64,000 nt of DNA, from assembly GCA_965198945.1 (NCBI GenBank), contig CBDAQI010000010.1:73720-137719 (forward strand), given 5' to 3'. Source of the DNA: Thermodesulfobacteriota bacterium (GTDB taxonomy: Bacteria; Desulfobacterota_D; UBA1144; Nemesobacterales; Mycalebacteriaceae). The position numbers and the translations under genes were made by a program. Below, one piece after another: positions 28,569 to 38,010 of the stretch. Position 1 is the first letter of the stretch, and every line of letters begins with the position of its first letter. The notes beneath the pieces were generated by a model that did no database searches, was not told where the DNA came from, and saw nothing but the letters and a program-made list of their open reading frames with translations.

Positions 28569-29007
28569 GATTTTTCAGATGTGCAACAAGCCCGCGCAAA
28601 CCCAGAGAGTAGCTTGTGCCGCCGAATCCCGACACGACCCCGACCGCCACGGGTGAGACAAAAGACTTGTGTCTGAATTCCTCTCTTTTATGGATGTTTG
28701 AGATATGGACCTCAACGGTTGGGATGCCGACCGACAGTATGGCGTCGCGCACGGCGACGCTTGTGTGTGTGTATGCGGCGGGGTTGATTAAAATTCCGTC
28801 AATTTTGCCGAGTGCGTCTTGTATCGCGCCCACAATTTCGCCTTCTGAGTCATTCTGAAAAAAACGCAGTTCCGCCTCGGGGTCAATCTCCCTTGCGAGA
28901 GCCGAGAGCGCGGCGTTGATGTCATCAAGCGTTTCTTTACCGTAAATTTCCGGTTCTCTCTTACCGAGAAGACCCAGATTGGGCCCGTGAATTACAAGTA
29001 TTTTCAT
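28558..29007 (-). CDS. aroQ: Type II 3-dehydroquinate dehydratase
   Basis: [25 protein letters not shown] and EVHISN..RE.FRH.S motifs. Confidence 0.97.
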   Translation of the reverse strand: MKILVIHGPNLGLLGKREPEIYGKETLDDINAALSALAREIDPEAELRFFQNDSEGEIVGAIQDALGKIDGILINPAAYTHTSVAVRDAILSVGIPTVEVHISNIHKREEFRHKSFVSPVAVGVVSGFGGTSYSLGLRGLVAHLKNLEN

Positions 29008-29017
29008 TGGTTTTGCG

Positions 29018-29044
29018 GCCGTCCCGCAGAAAAGGCGGGACGGC
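29018..29044. repeat. Perfect 10-bp GC-rich inverted repeat in the aroQ 5' region
   Basis: GCCGTCCCGC (29018-29027), 7-nt loop, GCGGGACGGC (29035-29044). Confidence 0.85.
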
Positions 29045-29203
29045 GAAATCCTTTCTCTTTTGCCTCAATTGTCCTTTATTTGGATGTTGATTTCAAGACA
29101 AAAACCGTTTTCGCTTGCATAGTTTCCGCCATATTGTAGATTTAGCACCTGCTTCGGGCTCCGGAGCAAATCCAACCGAGTATCGCGAGGGAGAAAGGGA
29201 ACA

Positions 29204-29773
29204 ATGAAAGTCGTAAAGAGAACCACAAAACATATTATTTATAAACGCGGAGACGGGCGTTACGCCGTAAAGACCGCAAGACGCAAAAAACCCTTCAACG
29301 GTAGGGACAAGATAGAAATTCTTGTTGAACAGGGGTTGCTTGATGTGCCGGTTCCGCCCGACCCCAACAAAAACAAAGAACAGTCTGTGAAAGAAGCTCC
29401 GGCCGCCGAGGCCAAGGCGGAAGTAAAAGAGAGCGAAGCGCCAAAGCAGGAGAAAGCCGCGGAGCCCGCAAAAGAGGAAAAACCGGAAGCGAAAACCGAG
29501 TCCGGTGAACAGGCTGAGAAAAAGAAAGAGGAAACCGCTCCCGCCGAAGAGGTGAAAAAAGAGCCGGAGGAAAAGCCTGCCGCTGCGGCGAATGAGTCAA
29601 AAGAGGAGAAACCCGAAGCTCCGGCCGCGGAAACAAAGGCGGAAGAAACCGTAGCTCAGAAAGAAGAAAATGCGGCTCCCGCAGAGGAAACAAAGCCGCA
29701 AGCGGCCGCTGAAACCGGAGAGGTGGATAAAACGGAAGAAAAAGACGCTTCACCGGAAGCGGATAAACAGTAG
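29204..29773 (+). CDS. Hypothetical protein: small basic N-terminal domain plus a long E/K/A/P low-complexity repeat tail
   Basis: Purine-rich RBS region upstream. About 50-aa folded-looking head, then repeated EAPAAE.KAE, KEEKPEA and APAEE units. Confidence 0.8.
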   Translation: MKVVKRTTKHIIYKRGDGRYAVKTARRKKPFNGRDKIEILVEQGLLDVPVPPDPNKNKEQSVKEAPAAEAKAEVKESEAPKQEKAAEPAKEEKPEAKTESGEQAEKKKEETAPAEEVKKEPEEKPAAAANESKEEKPEAPAAETKAEETVAQKEENAAPAEETKPQAAAETGEVDKTEEKDASPEADKQ

Positions 29774-29789
29774 ATTTTTCAAATAACAA

Positions 29790-30188
29790 CTAATAATCGT
29801 TGATGATTTTATCAATGGAGAATTTTATGAATGTTCTCCATTTTTTCTCCAAGTCTTTTGAGAATTCTGGGTCGTGTATGGCTATGGTTTCGCACAAACT
29901 CTCAAGCCAAAGTTTGTAAAGCTCCGGTTCTATGTTGTAGCCGTGTCTGTTATGGGTTCTTCCAATATCATTCAGCACGCGTAATTTCTTTTTATCGTCA
30001 TTGCTTCTTGTCGCCATAATTTTAACAGTTGCTCTCAGCAATTTTTTCTGTTTGGCGAAATCTGTGTTTTTGAATTTCTCTTTAACCTCATCGGATTTGG
30101 AAAGAAAAATATCATAAAAGGTTTCAGAAAATGCGCCGGACTTGTCGCATCGCTCAAAACTTTCTTTGACGGATGTAAAATCGTTCAT
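29790..30188 (-). CDS. Single-domain globin
   Basis: B-helix FYDIF, CD1 Phe (KF), E7 Gln (KQ), proximal His (IGRTH) and YKLWLESL motif. AT-rich. Confidence 0.85.
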   Translation of the reverse strand: MNDFTSVKESFERCDKSGAFSETFYDIFLSKSDEVKEKFKNTDFAKQKKLLRATVKIMATRSNDDKKKLRVLNDIGRTHNRHGYNIEPELYKLWLESLCETIAIHDPEFSKDLEKKWRTFIKFSIDKIINDY

Positions 30189-30484
30189 TTTATTGTTTGG
30201 ATAATACCAAATTTTGACGTTTTATTTCATTATAAAGATAAAGTTGAGGGGCTATTTCTTCAGTCTTGGATTTTTTGAGTTTTGAAAAGAGAAAATTTCC
30301 GTTTGCGGTCTTTCAGTTTTTCTTGGGCTATGCTTTTTTAGTGTAGCGAATAATGACTTCCATTCTACGCATATAAACCCAATTAGTAATTCTTCAATTT
30401 GAAAAAAAATCCAAGGCACTAAAATAGAATGGCATAAGGGGCGATTTTCTAACAATATCAGTCAATGAACTTAAAGCGGCCGAG

Positions 30485-31012
30485 ATGGCGGCTTATTTCC
30501 TTCTAAAAACTGAAGGAAGGGCAATGCCTCACTTGAAATTGATGAAACTCCTCTACCTGTCCGACAGGGAGTGTTTCCGCCAAAACGGATTTTCAATGTC
30601 AGGCGACCTAATGGTTTCAATGAAACATGGCCCGGTTCTTTCAGACACTTTAAACCTGATTAACGGATTTGAGCAGTCCGAACCCGGTGGATGGGACAGT
30701 ATGATTTCCACAAAGAAAAATCATCAGGTCGCCGTCAAGCCGGAAGTTAGTCTTGAGTGTTTGTTTGAGCTTAGCAGGGCGGACAGAGAGATTATGGATT
30801 CAGTTTGGGAGCAGTTCGGCAATATGAACCAATGGGATCTGGTTAAATACACTCACGAAAACTGTCCCGAATGGCAAGACCCCGGAGATTCTTCTTCTCC
30901 CATAGAACTTGATACTCTTTTCAAAGCTCTCGGATTCTCCGAAGTTGAGGCGAAAGAGTTAAAAAAAGAGATACAAGTTCAGGATTCAATAGACAGGTTT
31001 TTCTCTAATTAG
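30485..31012 (+). CDS. Panacea (DUF4065/SocA-like) antitoxin
   Basis: LKLMKLLYLSDR, KHGPV and L...TH..PEW motifs. The frame is open upstream (NELKAAE), so the true start may be earlier. Confidence 0.85.
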   Translation: MAAYFLLKTEGRAMPHLKLMKLLYLSDRECFRQNGFSMSGDLMVSMKHGPVLSDTLNLINGFEQSEPGGWDSMISTKKNHQVAVKPEVSLECLFELSRADREIMDSVWEQFGNMNQWDLVKYTHENCPEWQDPGDSSSPIELDTLFKALGFSEVEAKELKKEIQVQDSIDRFFSN

Positions 31013-31024
31013 GTAAGCGGAAAA

Positions 31025-31435
31025 TTGTTTATATCAATGCGCGGAGCAACTTTTCTGCTATCTACGCCTACAGACGATGATCCAAACTTGAAACATCTTT
31101 TCGTTTTACTTACAAATCCCGTATTTGTTGAGAAAGATAGTTGTGAAAAGATCCTCTTGGCGGGCTTCTCCTCTGCTCGTAGCGGAAACTACGATAAAAC
31201 TTGTATCATCAATAAAGGTGAACACCCGTTCTTGAGACAAAAAATTTATGTGGCTTACTGACATGCAAGGATTGAAACTGTTGAAGATATGGAAGGTTTA
31301 ATCAATAGCGGGGAAGCAAAGCCTATGGGGTCTATGGAAAAAGAGCTTGTTGACTTAATATGCGAGGGTCTTGAAAAATCAAAATATACTGCGGGGAAAA
31401 TTTTGGAGTTTTATAAAATGGCAGTTTTCAAATAA
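31025..31435 (+). pseudogene. Putative toxin partner of Panacea (136 codons) with an in-frame TGA at 31259-31261
   Basis: After ..YVAY* the frame runs 57 more codons (HARIETVED...MAVFK) to TAA 31433-31435, abutting the murJ stop. KHLFV, D.TC.I..GEHPF pattern. Confidence 0.72.
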
Positions 31436-32992
31436 TTACCTTCCCCTCACCATTCCAATCAATTTTCCCGCTTCTTCAATTTTTAAAAATTTCGCCGCAA
31501 GCATAAAAACCGTTGCCGAAGCTGCTATTGCAATTCCCAGAGCGGCCGTCTGCGGCGCGTAACCTTCGGCAATTTCATAAATCACTTTTGCGCAAATCGC
31601 AGAGGCAACCGAAATCACAGCCACCTTCAGCCACCAAAGCGTAAAATCCCGTCCCGTGATCTGCCCGACTCTTTTTTTCAAAAGATAAAGCAGAATGAAA
31701 AAATTGACCGCTCCCGAAACCGAGCTTGCAAGCGCGAGCCCGGTGTGTTTCAGCCCGAATACGAAACCGAGCAGGTAGCCAAACGCCAGGTTTGCCACCA
31801 GAGCAACCGCCGCCGCGCGGACGGGAGTTTTTGTGTCCTGAAGAGCGAAAAACGCCGGCGCCATGATTCTTATTCCCGCCACCGCCCACAGCCCGACCGA
31901 GTATCCGATGAGCGCCTGTGATGAAAAAACCGCGTCCGCGCCGGTGAATTCCCCCCTCTCAAAAAGCACGGAACATATTGGCAGCGAAAGCGCGATGAGC
32001 CCCGCTATTGCGGGCAGTGTTATGAAAAGAGTCATTTTCAAAAGCCCGCCGAAGGTTTCCCTGAAACCCTCCATGTTATCTTCCGCCGCGCACAGGGAAA
32101 GACGCGGCAGAAGAACCGTCGCTATGGCTATTGCCCCGACGCCGAGAGGAAATTCGGTCAGCCGCTCCGCAAAGTAGAGATACGAAACCGTTCCGCTTTC
32201 CATATACGAGGCGTATTGCGTGTTCACTATTATGTTCAGGTTGTATACCGCGACTCCGAACAGTTGAGGAACTATTAACAACCCCATTTTCTTCAGCAGT
32301 GCGGAGTGCCTGACTATGCTGCCGAGCCCCGGGGCGAGTCCGCGCGATTTCAAAAACGGTATGTTTACAACGCTTTTGAGCATGCCGCCCGCAAGAACTC
32401 CGAGCGCGGCCGCAACCGTGGGCTCATTCCACCTGTCGTGAAAAAGAACAATGGCGGCTATGAACCCCAGATTAAAAGCTACCGGAGCAACTGCGGGAGC
32501 AAAAAAATGACCGACGGAATTCAGAGCCCCCATTGAGACCGCGGCGAATGACACAAGGATAATATACGGAAACATTATCCGGAGAAGCGAAACCGCAAGC
32601 TCAAAAGTTTCTCCGCCAAAACCCGATGCGAACAGACGCACTATCTCCGGTGCAAACACAATGCACACCGAGGTTATTATCCCGAGGACGATTAGCAGCG
32701 CGGTCATCACCGCCGAAAGCACATCACGCGCGTCAGCGCCGCCACTTTTCTTTATGTGTTCGTTGAAAACCGGAATGAAGGAAGCAGACAGCATTCCTTC
32801 ACCGAAAAGCCGTCTGAGGAGGTTCGGTATTCTGAAAGCCACATAGAATGCGTCGCTCTGAGGCCCGGCTCCGACAAAATAAGCTATTGCAACATCTCTT
32901 ACATAACCCGCAATCCGGCTTGCAAGCGTCAGCCCGCCAACCATTCCCCAGTTGCGCAGCATGGTCTTTTCCGTGTCGGCGGAATTTTTCAT
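31436..32992 (-). CDS. murJ: Lipid II flippase MurJ (MviN)
   Basis: SRIAGYVRD, DAFYVAFRIPNLLRRLFGEG, RLTEFPLG, LFERGEF and DTKTP motifs. Confidence 0.97.
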   Translation of the reverse strand: MKNSADTEKTMLRNWGMVGGLTLASRIAGYVRDVAIAYFVGAGPQSDAFYVAFRIPNLLRRLFGEGMLSASFIPVFNEHIKKSGGADARDVLSAVMTALLIVLGIITSVCIVFAPEIVRLFASGFGGETFELAVSLLRIMFPYIILVSFAAVSMGALNSVGHFFAPAVAPVAFNLGFIAAIVLFHDRWNEPTVAAALGVLAGGMLKSVVNIPFLKSRGLAPGLGSIVRHSALLKKMGLLIVPQLFGVAVYNLNIIVNTQYASYMESGTVSYLYFAERLTEFPLGVGAIAIATVLLPRLSLCAAEDNMEGFRETFGGLLKMTLFITLPAIAGLIALSLPICSVLFERGEFTGADAVFSSQALIGYSVGLWAVAGIRIMAPAFFALQDTKTPVRAAAVALVANLAFGYLLGFVFGLKHTGLALASSVSGAVNFFILLYLLKKRVGQITGRDFTLWWLKVAVISVASAICAKVIYEIAEGYAPQTAALGIAIAASATVFMLAAKFLKIEEAGKLIGMVRGR

Positions 32993-33213
32993 TTTCCCGG
33001 TTCCGTGCCGACAAATTCAAAATCAACCTCTTCGGATATGGCGGCCAATATGTCGCGGGTCTCAAGCTCAAAATCCGGCGTTGTGAAAACTCTGATGACC
33101 GGGTCTTCGGGGTTTTCCGTCCTGACCCAGATGATATGGGAATATCCTCCGGCGATTGAGTTGAAAACAACATTATCGCTTTTGTTTTTCAGTTTCAGTG
33201 TAAAAACGCTCAA
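32989..33213 (-). CDS. DUF4911-like small protein (start uncertain)
   Basis: ..VRTENP...IRVFTTPDFELE...IL.. pattern; ATGA overlap with murJ. The longer track ORF overlaps rsmH. Confidence 0.55.
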   Translation of the reverse strand: MSVFTLKLKNKSDNVVFNSIAGGYSHIIWVRTENPEDPVIRVFTTPDFELETRDILAAISEEVDFEFVGTEPGK

Positions 33214-33252
33214 AAAATTTTCCGTTTTTTTCAGTATGTGGGCATAAGAATG

Positions 33253-33282
33253 TTGCCTTGCGCAAACAGCACGCATTATACT
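33253..33282 (+). promoter_or_regulatory. Putative sigma70 promoter of the dcw cluster
   Basis: TTGCCT (33253-33258), 18-nt spacer, TATACT (33277-33282), just upstream of rsmH. Confidence 0.4.
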
Positions 33283-33297
33283 AACCGAAGAGGACAG

Positions 33298-34260
33298 ATG
33301 AAAACCGCGCCCGTTTCTCAAACAGACGAGACTCCGCACAGTCCCGTAATGGTTGAGGAGGCGGTTTTTCATATCGCTCCCCGCCCCGGCGGAGTCTATG
33401 TTGACGCCACGCTCGGAATGGGCGGGCATGCGAGTGCAATAGTCTCTTCCGCGGGGGAAGGCGCCCGGCTGATAGGGATTGACGCGGACGGTGATTCGGC
33501 GCGTGTCGCGGAGCGGCGTCTAGGGCATCTCGGCGACCGTGTTTCGGTCTTTAACACAAACTTTACCGGGATAAAGGATGCGGTCAGTGCTTGCGGAGAG
33601 AGCGGAGTGGACGGCATAATTGCCGACCTCGGCATATCAAGCCGCCAGATAGCGCGAAGCGGAAGGGGGTTCAGTTTCAACGCGGACGAGCCTCTTGATA
33701 TGAGAATGGACACGGATCTTGAGATTACGGCCTCGGATATTGTGAACACAATGAGCACACGGGAAATAGCCACAATTATAAAAAAATACGGCGAAGACAG
33801 GTTCGCCCGCAGGATAGCCTCGGAGATTGTAAAAAGCAGGGAAAAAGAACCGATTTCAACTTCGCTGCAGCTTGCCCGCATAGTTTCCGGCGCGGTTCCG
33901 GCAAAGTTTCACCGGCCGTCACTTCATCCGGCGACAAAAACTTTTCAGGCTCTCAGAATCAAAGTGAACGGCGAAATTGATAATCTTGAGATTTTTCTGC
34001 ACAAAGCCGTTCCTCTTCTGAATAAGGGGGCGAGAATTGTGGTGATATGTTTTCATTCGCTTGAAGACCGGGTCGTGAAAAGGTTTTTTAATTTTATGAG
34101 CGCGGGTTGCGTTTGCCCCCCGGATCTTCCGCAGTGCGGGTGCGGAAAGGAAAAAACCCTTAAAGTGATTACGCGCAGACCCGTTCTGCCGTCTCCCTCG
34201 GAGATTTCAAGAAACCCGCGCGCCCGGAGTTCAAAAATGAGGGTCGGGGAAAGGGTTTAG
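33298..34260 (+). CDS. rsmH: 16S rRNA m4C1402 methyltransferase
   Basis: H.PVM, DATLG.GGH, DLGISS.Q, PLDMRMD, FQALRI.VN, FHSLEDR and NPRARS motifs. Confidence 0.98.
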   Translation: MKTAPVSQTDETPHSPVMVEEAVFHIAPRPGGVYVDATLGMGGHASAIVSSAGEGARLIGIDADGDSARVAERRLGHLGDRVSVFNTNFTGIKDAVSACGESGVDGIIADLGISSRQIARSGRGFSFNADEPLDMRMDTDLEITASDIVNTMSTREIATIIKKYGEDRFARRIASEIVKSREKEPISTSLQLARIVSGAVPAKFHRPSLHPATKTFQALRIKVNGEIDNLEIFLHKAVPLLNKGARIVVICFHSLEDRVVKRFFNFMSAGCVCPPDLPQCGCGKEKTLKVITRRPVLPSPSEISRNPRARSSKMRVGERV

Positions 34261-34270
34261 AGGCGCGGCT

Positions 34271-34609
34271 GTGGAGCGGCAAAAAGCGAAAACAAGACGG
34301 CGGGGGCTTCTGTTTGACAGGATTTCCTTTTTTTTCAAGGCCCTTTTAGCCTGTGTCGCATTTGTCGCCGCTCTTGCCGGTTACATGCGTTTCAGGGTTG
34401 AGAAAGTGGCTCTTGCATATGAAATTTCGGAAAACGTGCGTGCGGAAAACCTTCTTATTGATGAAGTCGCGGCGGCGGAGCTGCGCTACAACAGGGTTTT
34501 TTCAAGCAGAAAACTCAGCGAAGCCGCAAAACAAAGAGGATTCAGAGAGCCGCGTCACTCTGATTTTATTTACGAGTCGGAACCGGGCGGTGTCGGGGGA
34601 TTAAAATGA
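34271..34609 (+). CDS. ftsL: Cell division protein FtsL (putative)
   Basis: Basic N-terminus, one TM, coiled coil and A...GF..P motif; lies between rsmH and ftsI. Confidence 0.7.
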   Translation: MERQKAKTRRRGLLFDRISFFFKALLACVAFVAALAGYMRFRVEKVALAYEISENVRAENLLIDEVAAAELRYNRVFSSRKLSEAAKQRGFREPRHSDFIYESEPGGVGGLK

Positions 34610-36522
34610 GGCCGCCGGTCAGGTTCAGAAACAAAAAGGCTTTTTCACCCCCAAGGCTTTTTTTCTGCGTGGGACTTTTCTGCATTTTTTTTCTGGCAAT
34701 CGCCTACAGGGCTCTTGACCTTCAGTTTCTCAATACCGAAAAGGCTTTCAACCACGCAAAAAAACAGCAGGTCGGATATATGACCTTAAAGTCAAAAAGA
34801 GGCGGAATTTTTGACTCCGCCGGTTCCCTGATAGCGTCAAGCACACAGTCGCATTCCGCATATCTGATACCGAAAGACATAGAAGATCCCGAAAGTTTTT
34901 CGGATGCCGTTGCCGAGATTTCAGGGCTTGATTACGAATTTATTCTTTCCCGCGCTCTCAAAAAGAACAGGTCTTTTGTGTGGCTGCAAAGAAAAATTTC
35001 CCCGGAGGTCTTTGAAAAACTGCAAAGAGCAAGTCTGAAAGGCCTGGCCTTTATAGATGAGCAGAAAAGAGTTTATCCGCAGGGCTATCTGTTCGGTCCC
35101 GTGGTGGGTTTTACAGACACGGATTTGAAGGGAATTGAGGGTCTTGAGTATGCGCTTGACAATTACCTGACCGGAAAGGACATGAGAATAAGAGTGAAAA
35201 GAGACGGCAGGGGAGGCTCAATGATTTTCCACACGCCGAATTTTCTTGAGCAGACCAGCGGCGCGAATGTTTATCTGACGATTGATTCAAATATTCAGTA
35301 TGTGGTTGAGGAGGAGCTTGCAAAGGGCGTTGAAAAAACCGGCGCCGAAGGCGGCAGTGCGGTGCTTATGGACCCTCAGACCGGACGCATACTTGCGATG
35401 GCGTCTTATCCGTTTTTTGACCCCAACAGTTTCTCCGACTATTCGCAGATTCTGAAAAGAAACCTTTCGGTCTGGCAGGCTTTTGAGCCGGGCTCAATAA
35501 TGAAGCCGTTTCTCGCGGCTGCGGCGATTGAAGAAGGAGTTGTGGAAGAGAACACGGTTTTTGACTGTGAAAACGGCAAGCGCAAAATCGGAAGTGTGGA
35601 AATCCATGACACTTCACCCCACGGCGAGCTTACGGTTGTTGATACCATTGTTTTTTCAAGCAACATCTGTTCTTCAAAAATAGCCGAACTGCTCGGCGCC
35701 GGTGTTTATCACAAATATTTGAAAAATTTCGGCTTCGGTTCAAGAAGCGGAACCATGCTTCCCGGAGAGCACAGGGGAATAATTCCGTCTCCGAAACGGT
35801 GGGGCAGGGTCGGGCTGGCCACAATATCTTTCGGACAGGGCCTTACCGTGAACGCGCTCCAAATGGCGGTCGCGGCCTCTGTCATAGCAAACGGGGGATA
35901 CCTGATGGTTCCCCATATAGTTGACAGCGTGGTTGATGTGTCCGGAAACCGGATTGTGAAAAAAACTCCGAAGGTTAAGAGAAAAGTGATTTCCTACGAT
36001 GTCGCCCGCACAGTTGCGGAAATAATGGAACAGACCGTTGAGAGGGGGACGGGGAAAAGGGCCGCCGTGAGCGGATACGCGGTCGCAGGCAAGACCGGAA
36101 CCGCGCAGGTGGCAAAAGCCGGGGAGCCCGGATATCTGGAAAACACCTACATAGCCTCTTTTCTGGGCTTTGCGCCGGTTGAGAATCCGCGCATGGCTCT
36201 TGTTGTTGTTGTCAACAAACCAAAGAGGTTGAAATACGGCTCTCAGGCGGCCGCTCCGATTTTCGGCGCCATAGCAAAAAGAACGCTCGGAATTTTTGAA
36301 ATGCAGACGGCTTCGGAAGATTCTCAACTGCAAAACCGTTCTTTTCCCATGCCGGATCTGCTCGGCAAAAGCGTCCGCGATGTGGCACAGTGGGCCGAAA
36401 CCGCCGGACTTGACCTCAGAATCACCGGCCACGGATTTGCCGTCAAGCAGGAGCCCGAGGCGGACAAACTCATAAAAAGAGGGCAAAAGTTCTCAGTCTC
36501 TTTCACCGGAGACCCGATTTGA
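34606..36522 (+). CDS. ftsI: Class B PBP3 transpeptidase with PASTA domain
   Basis: RGGIFD, R.YPQG, G..GLE, SxxK (SIMK), SSN and KTGT motifs; C-terminal PASTA domain. Confidence 0.95.
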   Translation: MRPPVRFRNKKAFSPPRLFFCVGLFCIFFLAIAYRALDLQFLNTEKAFNHAKKQQVGYMTLKSKRGGIFDSAGSLIASSTQSHSAYLIPKDIEDPESFSDAVAEISGLDYEFILSRALKKNRSFVWLQRKISPEVFEKLQRASLKGLAFIDEQKRVYPQGYLFGPVVGFTDTDLKGIEGLEYALDNYLTGKDMRIRVKRDGRGGSMIFHTPNFLEQTSGANVYLTIDSNIQYVVEEELAKGVEKTGAEGGSAVLMDPQTGRILAMASYPFFDPNSFSDYSQILKRNLSVWQAFEPGSIMKPFLAAAAIEEGVVEENTVFDCENGKRKIGSVEIHDTSPHGELTVVDTIVFSSNICSSKIAELLGAGVYHKYLKNFGFGSRSGTMLPGEHRGIIPSPKRWGRVGLATISFGQGLTVNALQMAVAASVIANGGYLMVPHIVDSVVDVSGNRIVKKTPKVKRKVISYDVARTVAEIMEQTVERGTGKRAAVSGYAVAGKTGTAQVAKAGEPGYLENTYIASFLGFAPVENPRMALVVVVNKPKRLKYGSQAAAPIFGAIAKRTLGIFEMQTASEDSQLQNRSFPMPDLLGKSVRDVAQWAETAGLDLRITGHGFAVKQEPEADKLIKRGQKFSVSFTGDPI

Positions 36523-38010
36523 AATCGGCCGCTTTTAAAGAAATTGCAGCCGCCGTGAATTGCCGAATCTACTCCGGAGACCCGCGTGTTCCAATAACGG
36601 GGGTCTGCGACCGTTCATCGGAAGTGTCTCCCGGAGATGTTTTTGTCGCCGTCAAGGGTTTGGTCTCAGACGGCCATGACTATATTCCCGAAGCTGTTTT
36701 AAGGGGCGCCCGCGCGGTTATAACGCAGAGGCGTCTGCCCGGTCTTGATGTTGCGGCCGCGCTTGCGCAAGACTCAAAAGCGGCGGCCGGGGCGGCGTGC
36801 TTTTTTCACGATTACCCCTCACGGTCTTTTGCGCTTGCCGGGGTAACCGGCACGAACGGAAAGACAACCGTCTGCCACCTCCTGAGCTCGGTCTGGGAGC
36901 ATTGCGGATACAAACCGGGAATGATCGGCACCGTGGAAATCAAGTGCGGCTCTTTCTCAAAAGAGGCGGTGATGACAACTCCCGGGGCCGCCAGTCTTCA
37001 AAAAATTCTTTCATATATGCGCGACGAAGCTGCGGATAGAGTCTGCATGGAGGTTTCATCCCATTCCATAAATCAACAAAGGGTTGCCGGCTGCGAATTT
37101 GACGCGGCCGTTTTTACGAACATAACACCGGAACATCTGGACTATCACGGAGACATGAAACAATACGCGGAGACAAAAAAGAGACTTTTTACCGAACTGC
37201 TTGAGCAAAGCGGCAAAAAAAAACAAGTTTGCGGTCATCAATATTGATGACCCGTTCGGTGTTCAGATAGCGGACTGTGCTGCGGGCGATGTGATTTCTT
37301 ATTCCTCGGCAAGGCGCTCGGCGGATGTTTTTGCGGAAAAATTTTCAATTGACGAAAAGGGAATCAGAGCCTTGGTGCAAACCCCGTGGGGAAAACTGCA
37401 TATCAATTCAAATCTGATAGGCGATTACAACCTTTCCAACATTCTCGCCTCCGTCTCGGTGGCCCTGTGTCTCGGCTCGCCGGCCGAAGGTGTCGCCTCA
37501 GCGCTTTGCTCTCCCGTGTTCGTTCCGGGAAGGCTTGAAAGGGTGGAAAATCAGAGCGCCGCGGTTGATGTTTTTGTTGATTACGCCCATACGGCGGACG
37601 CTCTTGAGAGGGCTCTCAGGGCGGTTCGTCCGCTGTGCCGTGGCAGGATGTTTGTTGTATTCGGATGTGGCGGTGACAGAGACAGAGGTAAACGCCCCGA
37701 TATGGGGCGTGTTGCGAGCAAGGGCGCTGATGTTGTTGTTTTGACCTCGGACAATCCCCGAAGCGAAAACCCCGCTTCCATCATTGAGGAAATTGAGTCG
37801 GGAATAAGCGGCGGCATTTGTGAGACGGTGAAAATTACGGACAGACGAGAGGCCATATCTTATGCGGTTTTTTCGGCGGCTCCCGGAGACTTTGTTCTGA
37901 TAGCGGGCAAGGGGCATGAAAAGTATCAGGATATAGGCGGTGAGAATTTTGCTTTTGACGACCGGAAGTGTGCGGCTGATTTTTTGCGGAGGAGGGAAGG
38001 CCCGGGTTGA
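36519..38010 (+). CDS. murE: UDP-MurNAc-tripeptide synthetase MurE (mDAP type), split by an extra A in the A9 run 37215-37223
   Basis: GTNGKTT, MEVSSH and HLDYH in 36519..37247; DYAHT, FGCGGDRD, DNPR and AGKGHE in 37201..38010. Removing one A joins the two frames. Confidence 0.92.

Noticed and set aside
29390..29700. Repeated units as a CRISPR array
   Set aside because: The repeats are degenerate, in frame and protein-coding, with no constant repeat-spacer period and no cas genes.
30196..30211. Palindrome TTTGG-ATAATA-CCAAA upstream of the globin as an FNR/Crp site
   Set aside because: Poor match to TTGAT-N4-ATCAA, and such short repeats are expected by chance in AT-rich DNA.
18677..31261. 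Genome-wide stop-codon reassignment to explain the in-frame TAG (herA) and TGA (toxin)
   Set aside because: TAG (trkH, rsmH, ftsA) and TGA (secA, ftsZ, murB) end conserved genes at their expected positions, so the standard code applies.
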